Source: Candidatus Micrarchaeota archaeon
GTDB lineage: Archaea > Micrarchaeota > Micrarchaeia > Anstonellales > Bilamarchaeaceae
Assembly: GCA_020726005.1 (NCBI GenBank)
Contig: DYTL01000001.1
Coordinates: 1 to 37,371 of the forward strand
Length of the DNA: 37,371 nucleotides
Reading direction: 5' to 3'
Below, piece after piece: positions 26,801 to 35,662 of this stretch; the first letter of the stretch is position 1, and the number at the start of each line of letters is the position of its first letter. The notes under the pieces were generated by a model. That model did not search any database, was not told the origin of the DNA, and saw nothing but the letters and a program-made list of their open reading frames with translations. The position numbers and the translations under genes are program-made.

Positions 26801-28891
26801 TCATTCTGTATCAACTTTCCAATTATATATATCGTTAGCACAAATTATTCCGGAAATCGTTGAACCTTCTATCCCTCCACCTGGAAAAGTTGACGCACCA
26901 ACCAAATATAATCCTCTTATAGGTGTTTTAAAGTAAGGTCTTTTTATTTCAATTGATTGATCGAAAGAATAAAGTGCCCCTTCTGGTATAGATGTATATC
27001 TTTCCATTGTTCTTGGAGTTGCAATCTCCAAAACGTCTATATGTTTACTTAAATTTGGAATGATTTTTTCCGCTTTTTGAATTAATTTTTCAGCAAATTC
27101 TTTTTTCTTTTTATTATATTCTTTTGTTTCTCTTTTTGGGAAGTCGCTATAAAATGCATTTGCTAAAATTAATACCGTGCTTTTTCCTTTAGGAGCTAAG
27201 TTTTTATCTGAATTTGAAATTATTGCAATCTCCATTTCTTCATCTATATTTTTTATGAGTACTGAATAAGCAGATAAATCCATATTTACTCCTAAATATA
27301 CAACGAAAACAGATGGAGACATTTTCAATCCACTTATATAATTAACAAATTCTTTATTCAAATTATTTTCACCAATAAGTTCTAAGAAAACGTTTTTTGC
27401 ATTTGCATTCGCCACTATAATAGGTGCTTTAAAAATAGCGCTTCCAACATTTACTTCCTTAACCATATTGTTCTCAATATTTATTTTATCAACTTTATGA
27501 TTTGGCAAAACATTGCCACCTTTGTTTTTAATAAAATCGCTTAAAACATTAACGAAATTTTGCATTCCACCTTTGATAGTATACCCTCCATGAATAAAAT
27601 AACCCATCCAAACAGTAAGACCCATTATAGCAGATGTTTTTTTAGCAGTTGTTCCTGTATACCCTGATAATCCACTAAGGAATAATTTTAATTCGTCAGT
27701 TGTAAAAAACTCATCTAATTTTTCCTGAAATGTTTTATTATACCATTCATAAAAATAAGGGTGTTCTTTTGGATGATTTACTAATTTTTTTTCTCCATGT
27801 ATCTTTACAATAAGATAATCTGGCAAAGGAGTTCCCAAAATTTTTGCTTCGCTATAAACTTCTTCGTAAGCTTTTTTTACATTTTCAAAAAACCTCTTTA
27901 TATTTTCTTTTTCTTCTGGGAAAAATTCTGATAATGTTTTTATTGTATTACTCAATTCTCCAGAAATTGGTATTTCCTTTCTATTTAAAATATATTTTAT
28001 TGATTTATTCTTTACAAAGAGATCTTCTTTCTTAAGATCAAGTTGTTTTAGAAGATAAGTAATTGGACCATTTTTCCATAATCCACCAATATCTATTACA
28101 CCGACATTAAAAATAAAATTTTTGCGTATAAAAGAAGAGCAATAGCCACCAACTTGAGTATGTTGTTCAAGAACTAATACTTTATATCCTCTTTTCGAAA
28201 GCAAAGCACCACAAGTTAGACCTCCTATACCAGAACCAACAATAATTACATCATATCCATTTTCTTCCCTTGTTCTTTGTAAGTTTAGATTCATATTCCA
28301 ATCGTATTTTTTGAATTCCTTTGAAACAAAATAAGCTGGCGCTTTTAATGGAAAAATAATTGAAAAGATTATTCCAAGAATAATTAAAATATTTGAAATA
28401 ATGATAGTAAGTGGTACATCAAGAAATAAGAATATACCTGCATTTACTATAAATATTATTACCCAAACTCCTGTAATTACATTATTAATATCTAAAAATA
28501 TTTTATGCTTCCAATAAATTTCTGGATAATCCTTTTTTGAAATTTGAAAAGTATATGGTTGTTTAACGATTATGGAAATCAACGCCATTAAAAATAAAAT
28601 TAAATATCCAATAAAACCACTGTGTTCAACAAATATATTTAAATTGAAGATAAATGTACCAATAATAGCTATACCGAAATAAGAAATAGAAGCAATATCC
28701 ATTAAATTGAAGTCTTTTTTGTGAACTTGAGAGATTATAAAAATTAAAGAGATTACAAATGCAATAATAATACCCAAATTATTTCCCATTCCGCATGATA
28801 TCCAATAAATAATCCATGGAATGAAAGAAATAAGTATGCAACTCATGCCAAGCCTTTCTATTTTTGTATTAGTTTTTTCATTATTTTTCAT
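26801..28891 (-). CDS. Fusion protein: N-terminal six-TM domain of unknown family plus a C-terminal phytoene-desaturase/RetSat-like FAD-dependent oxidoreductase (COG1233-like)
   Basis: 696 aa. Residues ~16-181 form six hydrophobic helices. From residue ~213 it has YDVIIVGSGIGGLTCGALLSKRGYKVLVLEQHTQVGG (FAD Rossmann), HGGYTIKGGMQNF, ATPRTMERYT and C-terminal LYLVGASTFPGGGIEGSTISG. Confidence 0.8.
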   Translation of the reverse strand: MKNNEKTNTKIERLGMSCILISFIPWIIYWISCGMGNNLGIIIAFVISLIFIISQVHKKDFNLMDIASISYFGIAIIGTFIFNLNIFVEHSGFIGYLILFLMALISIIVKQPYTFQISKKDYPEIYWKHKIFLDINNVITGVWVIIFIVNAGIFLFLDVPLTIIISNILIILGIIFSIIFPLKAPAYFVSKEFKKYDWNMNLNLQRTREENGYDVIIVGSGIGGLTCGALLSKRGYKVLVLEQHTQVGGYCSSFIRKNFIFNVGVIDIGGLWKNGPITYLLKQLDLKKEDLFVKNKSIKYILNRKEIPISGELSNTIKTLSEFFPEEKENIKRFFENVKKAYEEVYSEAKILGTPLPDYLIVKIHGEKKLVNHPKEHPYFYEWYNKTFQEKLDEFFTTDELKLFLSGLSGYTGTTAKKTSAIMGLTVWMGYFIHGGYTIKGGMQNFVNVLSDFIKNKGGNVLPNHKVDKINIENNMVKEVNVGSAIFKAPIIVANANAKNVFLELIGENNLNKEFVNYISGLKMSPSVFVVYLGVNMDLSAYSVLIKNIDEEMEIAIISNSDKNLAPKGKSTVLILANAFYSDFPKRETKEYNKKKKEFAEKLIQKAEKIIPNLSKHIDVLEIATPRTMERYTSIPEGALYSFDQSIEIKRPYFKTPIRGLYLVGASTFPGGGIEGSTISGIICANDIYNWKVDTE

Positions 28892-28946
28892 AAATTTACC
28901 TATAAGAAAGTGATTATTCTAAAAATCATTTAAATATAACAAAGAA

Positions 28947-29381
28947 TCAGGATACAATTTTCTCTATATTCCCTCCTGCTTCTTTTATTTTTTCTTCTGC
29001 TTTTTTGCTCCAACCAAGCGCACGAATGCTTACAGGAATAGTAAGCTCGCCAGCACCAAGAATTTTCCCTTTAAATATAAATAGTTCTTTTCCATCTTTT
29101 TTTTCAAGCGCTCCTTTTTTTGCCATATTTTCTATTTCAAATACATTTATTGTGTCTATCTCTTTTGACGTTGGATTTATAAATCCGCGATTTCCAAAAT
29201 AATTAGGTGCAAATTTTACAGTCCAAGTTTTCTTATGTTTATTTAGACCTGCATGCCCCACTCCACCGCGGTTTCCGCTTCCTCTTCGGTTTTTAGCATT
29301 GCCAGCACCGTGACTTCCCTGTCCACGATATCTTTTTACTCGTTTTTCTTTTCTTTTTGTCATTATAATCACATTTAACAT
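28947..29381 (-). CDS. rpl15: Ribosomal protein uL15
   Basis: 144 aa with RYRGQGSHGAGNAKNRRGSGNRGGVGHAG. The true start may be the internal Met at 29363. Confidence 0.9.
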   Translation of the reverse strand: MLNVIIMTKRKEKRVKRYRGQGSHGAGNAKNRRGSGNRGGVGHAGLNKHKKTWTVKFAPNYFGNRGFINPTSKEIDTINVFEIENMAKKGALEKKDGKELFIFKGKILGAGELTIPVSIRALGWSKKAEEKIKEAGGNIEKIVS

Positions 29382-29382
29382 T

Positions 29383-29838
29383 TTATGACATTCTTTTTAT
29401 AAGAGATGAAATATCCGGTCTTGCACCTAAATCTCCTTTCGGATACGGTCGTTTTATATCTCTATATCCTTTACGCGGAGGTTTGAGCGTAAAAACAGAA
29501 TCTACAAATTCATTTACCTTTGCACCAGCTATAATTTTTTTTGCAATGTCTTTTATTTCTTCTTTAGTTAAAATTTCCGAAAGCCTTTTCGCACCTTTTT
29601 TGCCTTTTTTAGAAAGCAAAGATAAAAGTGCATCTTCATTTATTGGACCGAATGTTACATAATCTTTTACTAAATTAAGCATTCCTTTTGTATAACAGGA
29701 ATCTTCTATTACAATACAATGATTTGGTCTGCGAAGACGAAGAAGCTCAAGAGTTTTTTTGATTTTTGGTTCAATATTCCTCTTTCCTCTTACTCTAATA
29801 ATTGCGATTTTCATTTTATCCCTTTCATACCTAATCAT
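29383..29838 (-). CDS. rpl30: Ribosomal protein uL30
   Basis: 151 aa with IAIIRVRGKRNIEPKIKKTLELLRLRRPNHCIV. Its ATG overlaps the rps5 stop (ATGA). Confidence 0.9.
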   Translation of the reverse strand: MIRYERDKMKIAIIRVRGKRNIEPKIKKTLELLRLRRPNHCIVIEDSCYTKGMLNLVKDYVTFGPINEDALLSLLSKKGKKGAKRLSEILTKEEIKDIAKKIIAGAKVNEFVDSVFTLKPPRKGYRDIKRPYPKGDLGARPDISSLIKRMS

Positions 29839-30479
29839 AATTTTTCCTCTTCTATAGGATGCGGTTTTGATGTTGAAATATTTTCAAGCGCTTTTATTGT
29901 TGCCAATGCAGTGTTGTAAATATTATTAGTATTTCCAGTCGTTGTACTCCATATATCTTTTATCCCTGTAATTGAAAGAACTTTTTTAACGGTTGCATTT
30001 GATGCAAGACCCAATCCTTTAGGTGCAGGTTTGAGTACCACAATGGTGCTTCCTTCCTTGCCGTGGGTTGCTTCTGGAATTGAGTGCGGCGTATGGCATT
30101 TACATTCCCACGAACCGCAACCCATTTTGACAGAAATCATTTTTTTCTTCGCGTCCCTTATTGCGTAATCTATTGAAGGTTTAATTTCATCGGATTTTCC
30201 AACTCCAATACCAACGTGTCCATTATGATCACCAATCACAGTAACCACACGAAATTGAATTTTTCTTCCGGAATCGGTTACGCGTTGTGTGCTTTTTATG
30301 AGCAAGGTTTCAGCTTCAAGATTAGTAAATAAAATTTCGGATATTTCAGCTTCAAGAATCGGTCTTCCCATGTCAACTATTTGTTCAAACGAAGTTATCT
30401 CTCCGTTTTTGACCATTTTACCTATTTCAGTTTTCGGATTCCATGTTTCCTTGTTAACAACAGTTACTTTTTCACTCAT
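29835..30479 (-). CDS. rps5: Ribosomal protein uS5
   Basis: The track ORF is extended to 30557. ATG 30479 follows GAGGTAA and the rpl18 stop. Motif: VTDSGRKIQFRVVTVIGDHNGHVGIGVGKS. Confidence 0.93.
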   Translation of the reverse strand: MSEKVTVVNKETWNPKTEIGKMVKNGEITSFEQIVDMGRPILEAEISEILFTNLEAETLLIKSTQRVTDSGRKIQFRVVTVIGDHNGHVGIGVGKSDEIKPSIDYAIRDAKKKMISVKMGCGSWECKCHTPHSIPEATHGKEGSTIVVLKPAPKGLGLASNATVKKVLSITGIKDIWSTTTGNTNNIYNTALATIKALENISTSKPHPIEEEKL

Positions 30480-30483
30480 AAAA

Positions 30484-31011
30484 TTACCTCGATAATAAAA
30501 GTATTTTTTTCTTCGCAATATCAAATATTTCATGTATTTCTTTAAGATGAGAACCATTTATCCTGTCTAATATGATTTTTGATTGATCAAAGGGAATTTC
30601 TATTCCTGCATCTATCGCGCCTTTTACCGCAGCAAAAACTACTGCGCCTTTTGAGGCACTAACATTTATGTCTGCAATTGCATGGCTTATCCCTTTGGTC
30701 TTTGCCTGCCCAGCTGCATAAAGTCCTGCAAGGTAAGCAGTGGGGGTATTACATTTCGCAGGAAAACCAACAATTTCCTTAAGTATTGAGGAGTGCATAC
30801 TAAATATTATTTTATCCCCCTTTTCAAAATATTGTACAAATTGAATTATAAATCCGGTGTTTGAACGTCTGATTACCATGCGAATTTTTCCACTCTTTAC
30901 CATGGCAAGTCTTTTTGCATAGTTGGTTCTACCTTCACGAGTTCTTCGGAATGGCATTATAAACGTAGTTTTTGTTTTCATGAAATCATCTGCGATAGAA
31001 CCGATAGTCAT
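30484..31011 (-). CDS. rpl18: Ribosomal protein uL18
   Basis: FRRTREGRTNYAKRLAMVKSGKIRMVIRRSNTGFIIQF. The exact start is uncertain, with internal Mets at 30981 and 30957. Confidence 0.9.
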   Translation of the reverse strand: MTIGSIADDFMKTKTTFIMPFRRTREGRTNYAKRLAMVKSGKIRMVIRRSNTGFIIQFVQYFEKGDKIIFSMHSSILKEIVGFPAKCNTPTAYLAGLYAAGQAKTKGISHAIADINVSASKGAVVFAAVKGAIDAGIEIPFDQSKIILDRINGSHLKEIHEIFDIAKKKILLLSR

Positions 31012-31025
31012 TTTTTTCTATTATT

Positions 31026-31460
31026 TTATTTATTTTGCGCAACCTCGATATAAAAATCGTTGTCCTTAAGGAACATCAATAATGCTTTCTTTCCTTTGAA
31101 TGAACCGCCCTTTATTCTCAGATATATTTTACGTTTATTGTTTTTATTAAGATTACCTCTGGAAATGAGTTGATTGAGGTATTTTCTTTGTACTCTTACA
31201 TTAGTCATCCACTTCTTTTTTTCCAAGGTGCGTGCATTCATGCTGCCCCTTCTTGAACCTGCGAGCTTCCTTTTTCTTTTATTTGCAACCTTAAAACCGG
31301 CTTTGGTTTTTACATATATTATTTTATCTTGTATAAGATTTTTTACATCTTTTCGAGTTAATACATCTTTTAGTTTAGTTCTTTCTTCAGGTTTTATTTT
31401 TATTTTATTTTTGCCTACACTAAGAATATCGGATGCAAGCCTTTTTATCGTTGAAAACAT
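31026..31460 (-). CDS. rpl19e: Ribosomal protein eL19 (L19e)
   Basis: 144 aa with RLASDILSVGKNKIKIKPEE and a basic C-terminal half. The position is conserved. Confidence 0.9.
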   Translation of the reverse strand: MFSTIKRLASDILSVGKNKIKIKPEERTKLKDVLTRKDVKNLIQDKIIYVKTKAGFKVANKRKRKLAGSRRGSMNARTLEKKKWMTNVRVQRKYLNQLISRGNLNKNNKRKIYLRIKGGSFKGKKALLMFLKDNDFYIEVAQNK

Positions 31461-31470
31461 ATATAATCAC

Positions 31471-31860
31471 TTAATTAAGAACTTGAATTTTCATTTCTTC
31501 AGCTAATTTTTTTAATTTGTCTCGTTTCTTTTTTCCAATTCCTTTTGCAAAGCGTATAATCTTTCCAGTCGCATTTTTAAGTTCGTTTGTATTGTGCACT
31601 AATATTTCAAACATTCCGCAAGGGTGCATTCCACGAATTTCCGAAGAATTTTTATATCCTATTCGTGGGCTTGCGCCCGCAAATAAACATCGTATTCTTT
31701 TTTTATTATCAATACCTCTTGGTTTTCTCCACCTAAATTTAACACGCTTTTTGAATCCCGCATTAAGAACATTGAATTTCGGTTTGGATTTTTTAATTAT
31801 GGATTTTAGTTTAGTTGTTTTGTTCACTATAATCACTTTATACAATTTCATATGCTCCAT
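31471..31860 (-). CDS. rpl32e: Ribosomal protein eL32 (L32e)
   Basis: KPKFNVLNAGFKKRVKFRWRKPRGIDNKKR. The start is uncertain because the ORF overlaps the rpl6 end by 23 nt. Confidence 0.85.
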   Translation of the reverse strand: MEHMKLYKVIIVNKTTKLKSIIKKSKPKFNVLNAGFKKRVKFRWRKPRGIDNKKRIRCLFAGASPRIGYKNSSEIRGMHPCGMFEILVHNTNELKNATGKIIRFAKGIGKKKRDKLKKLAEEMKIQVLN

Positions 31861-32323
31861 CCTGAAACACGCGACAGTCCTTTCTTTTTATATGCAAGGC
31901 GCGCTTAAAATTGGCAGTTGTTTGTCCTATTGCTTCCTTATCCAAACCAGAGATAGTTACTTCCTGTTCTTTCACATCAATTTTTGTTTTTCCGATTATT
32001 TTTGATGTGCGCTGAAGTTTTTCTCCGAGTAGGTTCTTTATAGTAAGTGTATCCCCCTTTACTTCTAACGTAAACGGAAAGTGTGCGTAAATGAGTTTAA
32101 GTCTTTTTATGTATCCGTACTGCACGCCAAACATCATATTTCTAAGATGGGATTCAATTGTTCCTTTAATAGCTTTGTTGTTACTTTCTACTTCTACCTG
32201 ATTTCTGTTTATAATTATTTTACTCTCAAGTGTTTCAAAGCATTTTTCCACTTCTCCTTTTGGACCTATCGCTTTTACTAATGTACCATCAATAGTTATC
32301 GTAATTCCGTTTGGTATTTCCAT
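31838..32323 (-). CDS. rpl6: Ribosomal protein uL6
   Basis: 161 aa with IPNGITITIDGTLVKAIGPKGEVEK. The position is conserved. Confidence 0.9.
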   Translation of the reverse strand: MEIPNGITITIDGTLVKAIGPKGEVEKCFETLESKIIINRNQVEVESNNKAIKGTIESHLRNMMFGVQYGYIKRLKLIYAHFPFTLEVKGDTLTIKNLLGEKLQRTSKIIGKTKIDVKEQEVTISGLDKEAIGQTTANFKRALHIKRKDCRVFQDGAYEIV

Positions 32324-32334
32324 TTTAAATCCCC

Positions 32335-32715
32335 CTAATAAACATAAGCAATTAATCTTCCTCCTATTCCGAGCTCCTGTGCCGTGGTATTTGTAAGTAT
32401 TCCTTTTGAAGTAGAGACAATTATTACTCCAATATTATATGCTGGAAGAAATCTTTGCTCAAACTTTGGCCATTCGTTTTTCTTTACAGGAAAACGAGGT
32501 TTGACTACACCAGCATCATTAATTTTTCCCATTAGTTCAACTTCAAACTTGTTGCCTCTTCCGTCTTCTATAAGCCGGTAAGATGCAAGGTAGCCCTTAT
32601 TTTTGAGGATGTCAAGTACTTTACCTATTAACCTTGATGCTTTAAACGTACAACATTTTTGTCCAGCAATTTCATGTGTTTTCATTGTGTTAAGTGCATC
32701 AGCAAGTATATCCAC
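32335..32715 (-). CDS. rps8: Ribosomal protein uS8
   Basis: 126 aa with DILADALNTMKTHE and C-terminal GIGGRLIAYVY. Confidence 0.93.
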   Translation of the reverse strand: MDILADALNTMKTHEIAGQKCCTFKASRLIGKVLDILKNKGYLASYRLIEDGRGNKFEVELMGKINDAGVVKPRFPVKKNEWPKFEQRFLPAYNIGVIIVSTSKGILTNTTAQELGIGGRLIAYVY

Positions 32716-32731
32716 AATATCACCTTAATGC

Positions 32732-32890
32732 TTAATATTTTCTAAAATTAATGTGCTCCGCAATTTCGCGGAAACACCTTCTGCAAACATGAAGTCCATA
32801 TTTTCTTATTAATGCGCGTGCATTGCCGCAAATTCTGCATTTTCTTGTACCTCTTGCCTTAAATTTTTCTTCGAGTGAAATCTTTGCCAT
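32732..32890 (-). CDS. rps14: Ribosomal protein uS14 (zinc-ribbon type)
   Basis: ATG 32890 comes right after the rpl5 stop. The zinc ribbon is [25 protein letters not shown]. The track ORF is N-terminally over-extended. Confidence 0.9.
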   Translation of the reverse strand: MAKISLEEKFKARGTRKCRICGNARALIRKYGLHVCRRCFREIAEHINFRKY

Positions 32891-32891
32891 A

Positions 32892-33422
32892 CTATTCCTC
32901 TTCTTCAATTTTCGCATTGAAAAAAGTTTTTGCGAAATTGATTGCTTCTTCTTTTGTTATCAATTGCGCTTTTCCGATTTTTGAAATGCGTCTCATTCTA
33001 TCTGCAACGCGTTTGCCTCTTCTTTTGAGTGTGACGCATACATCAAATCCAAATACCCCTACTTTTGGATCATATTTAACTCCAGGAAAATCTATGCATT
33101 CTTTCACTCCAAATGCGAAATTACCCGCATTGTCAAAATTGGTTTTATTAATTTTTCTTTTTCGGGAATCTAATGCCTTATTCAAGAAATCAAACGCACC
33201 TTTACCTCTTAGCGTAGTTTTAAGTCCAATAGGCAGACCTACCCTAAGTTTAAACACAGGATTTCTTTTTTTTGCTTTTGTTTCAATGAATTTTTTACCG
33301 CTAAGTTTTTCCATAAATGTTTTTATTCCGTCTAATCTTTCACCAGGAGAACCTACACCAATATTTACTGTAATTTTTTCTAAAACAATTTCTCTTATTG
33401 AATTGGTTTTTTTATTCATCAT
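32892..33422 (-). CDS. rpl5: Ribosomal protein uL5
   Basis: 176 aa with [15 protein letters not shown] and [12 protein letters not shown]. Confidence 0.93.
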   Translation of the reverse strand: MMNKKTNSIREIVLEKITVNIGVGSPGERLDGIKTFMEKLSGKKFIETKAKKRNPVFKLRVGLPIGLKTTLRGKGAFDFLNKALDSRKRKINKTNFDNAGNFAFGVKECIDFPGVKYDPKVGVFGFDVCVTLKRRGKRVADRMRRISKIGKAQLITKEEAINFAKTFFNAKIEEEE

Positions 33423-34123
33423 AATGCACCTTCATAAGAATCATCAATCACCATTAAGTATTTTGCTACTGTGATGAATTCTTCTCTACCTTTTAGTTTT
33501 GCCTCGGGCCAATTACCTTCTTTTCTTTCTATTATTGATTCAAGATTTGCAATGTTACCTACGTGCTTTCCTTCAATAATGAGACATTTTGCACCATCTT
33601 CAAATTTGAGTACTTTTTCAATTTTCTGACTAGGTGTATTTATTATTACACTATCACCAATACATATATTATTATTTGCAAGAATGTTTTTTCCATCATG
33701 AAGCGTAATATTGATTTTTCCTTTTTTTACAGTATGTTTTTTTACTACTTTTCCAATTTTATTATTTATAAGTTTGGTTTCTATTGGAATTAATTGGCCT
33801 TTTGTATTAATTATTATTCTATATGTTTTGTTTGCTTTTAGAAAGAAAACCAAATCCATTAAGCCAATCGGGAATTTTTCGTCCCTTCTTATTACGCCAT
33901 CTACGAATACTTGTTTCGCATTCAAAACTTTACGGTTTTCAGAAGCACTTTTAGTTATACCAAGAATATCTCTCATAAGAACGCCAAGCGGAATCGCTTT
34001 TGTTTTTGAGTGTGTACCAGGGGCCGTAGTTGTGATGAATTTATTTTCTTTTTTATTTCTTATTGGAATCACTTTCGGAATTGCGAGTCTTTTTGTATGA
34101 GAAGTTCCTCCTTTTTTAGCCAT
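33419..34123 (-). CDS. rps4e: Ribosomal protein eS4 (S4e)
   Basis: 234 aa with GGTSHTKRLAIPK and APGTHS, plus a KOW region. Confidence 0.93.
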   Translation of the reverse strand: MAKKGGTSHTKRLAIPKVIPIRNKKENKFITTTAPGTHSKTKAIPLGVLMRDILGITKSASENRKVLNAKQVFVDGVIRRDEKFPIGLMDLVFFLKANKTYRIIINTKGQLIPIETKLINNKIGKVVKKHTVKKGKINITLHDGKNILANNNICIGDSVIINTPSQKIEKVLKFEDGAKCLIIEGKHVGNIANLESIIERKEGNWPEAKLKGREEFITVAKYLMVIDDSYEGAL

Positions 34124-34135
34124 TTTTTCACCTCT

Positions 34136-34504
34136 TTATATCTTAGGTGCCTCGGCTGGTTCGCCGAATTCCTTTTTTCTCTCTTTTGTCATATTAAGTT
34201 CAGTAAGCATAAGGTTAGAAGGTTGAAACGAGATTAACCTTTCTGTTCCCTTTGCATTTTTTCTTGTAATTCCTTCTATATAAACCACGCGTTTGGAATA
34301 ATTTACTTTTGCAATCTTGCCATTTTTGTTTTTGTGCGTACCGCGCATTATTCTTACGTTGTCGCCTTTATTTATGAGCAACGCACGGGATTTTATACTA
34401 AGGTTGTTTTTGAGTTCTTTTGAAATATGTACATGCATATGATTTTTGCGTGTATGCATTTTTGCTTTATAACGATTTTTCCTTTCTATATCTCTTTTCA
34501 CCAT
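34136..34504 (-). CDS. rpl24: Ribosomal protein uL24
   Basis: 122 aa with KOW motif INKGDNVRIMRGTHKNKNGKIAKV. Confidence 0.9.
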   Translation of the reverse strand: MVKRDIERKNRYKAKMHTRKNHMHVHISKELKNNLSIKSRALLINKGDNVRIMRGTHKNKNGKIAKVNYSKRVVYIEGITRKNAKGTERLISFQPSNLMLTELNMTKERKKEFGEPAEAPKI

Positions 34505-34537
34505 ATCACCAAAATAAATTTTTATTGTATTGAAATT

Positions 34538-34936
34538 TTAAATTATCGCAGACGCAATTGCTGAGACCTTTGGATATCTATTCATAATTTCTTTTGCAAC
34601 TACTCCTTTAATTTCAGTTCCAACTGGAAGACCCTCTTCAGTAATAAGTACTGCTGCATTATCCTCAAATTGTATGGTATTTCCATTAGGCCTTTTGAAA
34701 GGCATTCTCTGCCTTATTATAAGCGCTCTTACTACTTTCTTTATCATTTCTGGTTTTCCCTTTTTCACCGATGCAATTATGATATCTCCAATTCCTGCTT
34801 TCGGGTAGCGATTTCGCACCCCTCTTAAATTAAGCACGTTTATAATTTCTATTTGTTTTGCACCACTATTATCATGGCATGTAATTTGACTACCTACTTG
34901 CAATCCGCGAGTTATAGAAGATCCAAGTCCTTTCAT
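34538..34936 (-). CDS. rpl14: Ribosomal protein uL14
   Basis: 132 aa with CHDNSGAK and IIASVKKG. Confidence 0.95.
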   Translation of the reverse strand: MKGLGSSITRGLQVGSQITCHDNSGAKQIEIINVLNLRGVRNRYPKAGIGDIIIASVKKGKPEMIKKVVRALIIRQRMPFKRPNGNTIQFEDNAAVLITEEGLPVGTEIKGVVAKEIMNRYPKVSAIASAII

Positions 34937-34955
34937 TTATAATCACCAGTAAATA

Positions 34956-35258
34956 TTATTTCTTTTTTGTATTTATTATTTCAAGCACGCTCCATGCTTT
35001 TGTTTTGGTTATCTTTTTGGTTTCGCCTATGATTACTATATCGCCTATTTTTGCATTTATGCATGCTGGATTGTGCGCAGGCACTCGGCTACGCACTTTA
35101 GAAATTCTATTATATTTTGGCATGATGCTTGAAATATCTCTTTCCACTATTACAGTTCTTTTTCCTTTATCGCTTACAACGATTCCCTGAATCCTTCCGC
35201 CCCTTATTTTAATACTAGCATGCTTGAAGCAATTTTTATCATCACATTCTTCTTCCAT
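34956..35258 (-). CDS. rps17: Ribosomal protein uS17
   Basis: The track ORF runs to 35375. ATG 35258 follows GGTGAA and gives MEEECDDKNCFKHASIKIRGGRIQGIVVSDK..., the usual archaeal S17 start. Confidence 0.88.
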   Translation of the reverse strand: MEEECDDKNCFKHASIKIRGGRIQGIVVSDKGKRTVIVERDISSIMPKYNRISKVRSRVPAHNPACINAKIGDIVIIGETKKITKTKAWSVLEIINTKKK

Positions 35259-35629
35259 ATTTTCACCGCTATAAATTTTTAGAATGTTATTGAACCTCCA
35301 TAGGTACACGAAAGCCTTGAAATTAACCCATGAAGATTCATAAATAACAAATATATTTTTTATGCTTTCGCACAAACAATTTTGATTTCTTTATTAATTT
35401 TTTTTTGTGAAAAAATTTATTTTAGGGAACCCAAAAAAGTTTTTAACAAAGTTTTAATAAAGGTTTCAAAATGTCGGGCTTCTGTATATAGAACTAGTTC
35501 TTAAACAGTTACCCTATAATTCATATTAGTATTTGATAAGAGAGATTTAAAAAGATTGCGTCATTGTTGTAAGCGCGTATTGACTAAAAGAATTTTTTAA
35601 GAAAACTCAAACAAAATAATAAATATGAC

Positions 35630-35662
35630 GGGTAGATGGTTAGCCAAAGCTCCATCTAACCC
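35630..35662. other. Isolated GC-rich hairpin (10-bp stem with one bulged A, 12-nt loop) in an AT-rich spacer; T7 run at 35679-35685
   Basis: GGGTAGATGG-ttagccaaagct-CCATCTAACCC, read and paired by hand. T-rich tracts follow it on both strands. Confidence 0.3.

Noticed and set aside
32875-33474. 199-aa plus-strand ORF antisense to rpl5 (similar cases at 31517-32005, 33711-34100, 4747-5109, 20902-21264, 12279-12533, 25972-26271)
   Set aside because: All lie opposite strongly conserved genes. They have Ser/Phe/Leu/Ile-rich low-complexity products, no SD or TATA context and no recognisable motifs. They are typical shadow ORFs in AT-rich DNA.
35259-35375. N-terminal extensions of track ORFs for rps17 (also rps5 at 30480-30557, rps14 at 32891-32917, secY at 26748-26750, top6A at 20564-20572, atpF at 5610-5666)
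   Set aside because: Internal ATGs preceded by GGTG-type SD sequences give products matching the conserved family N-termini. The extensions overlap upstream genes or spacers.
35490-35501. Perfect 12-bp palindrome AGAACTAGTTCT
   Set aside because: Roughly nine 12-bp perfect palindromes are expected by chance in a 37-kb sequence, and it has no supporting context.
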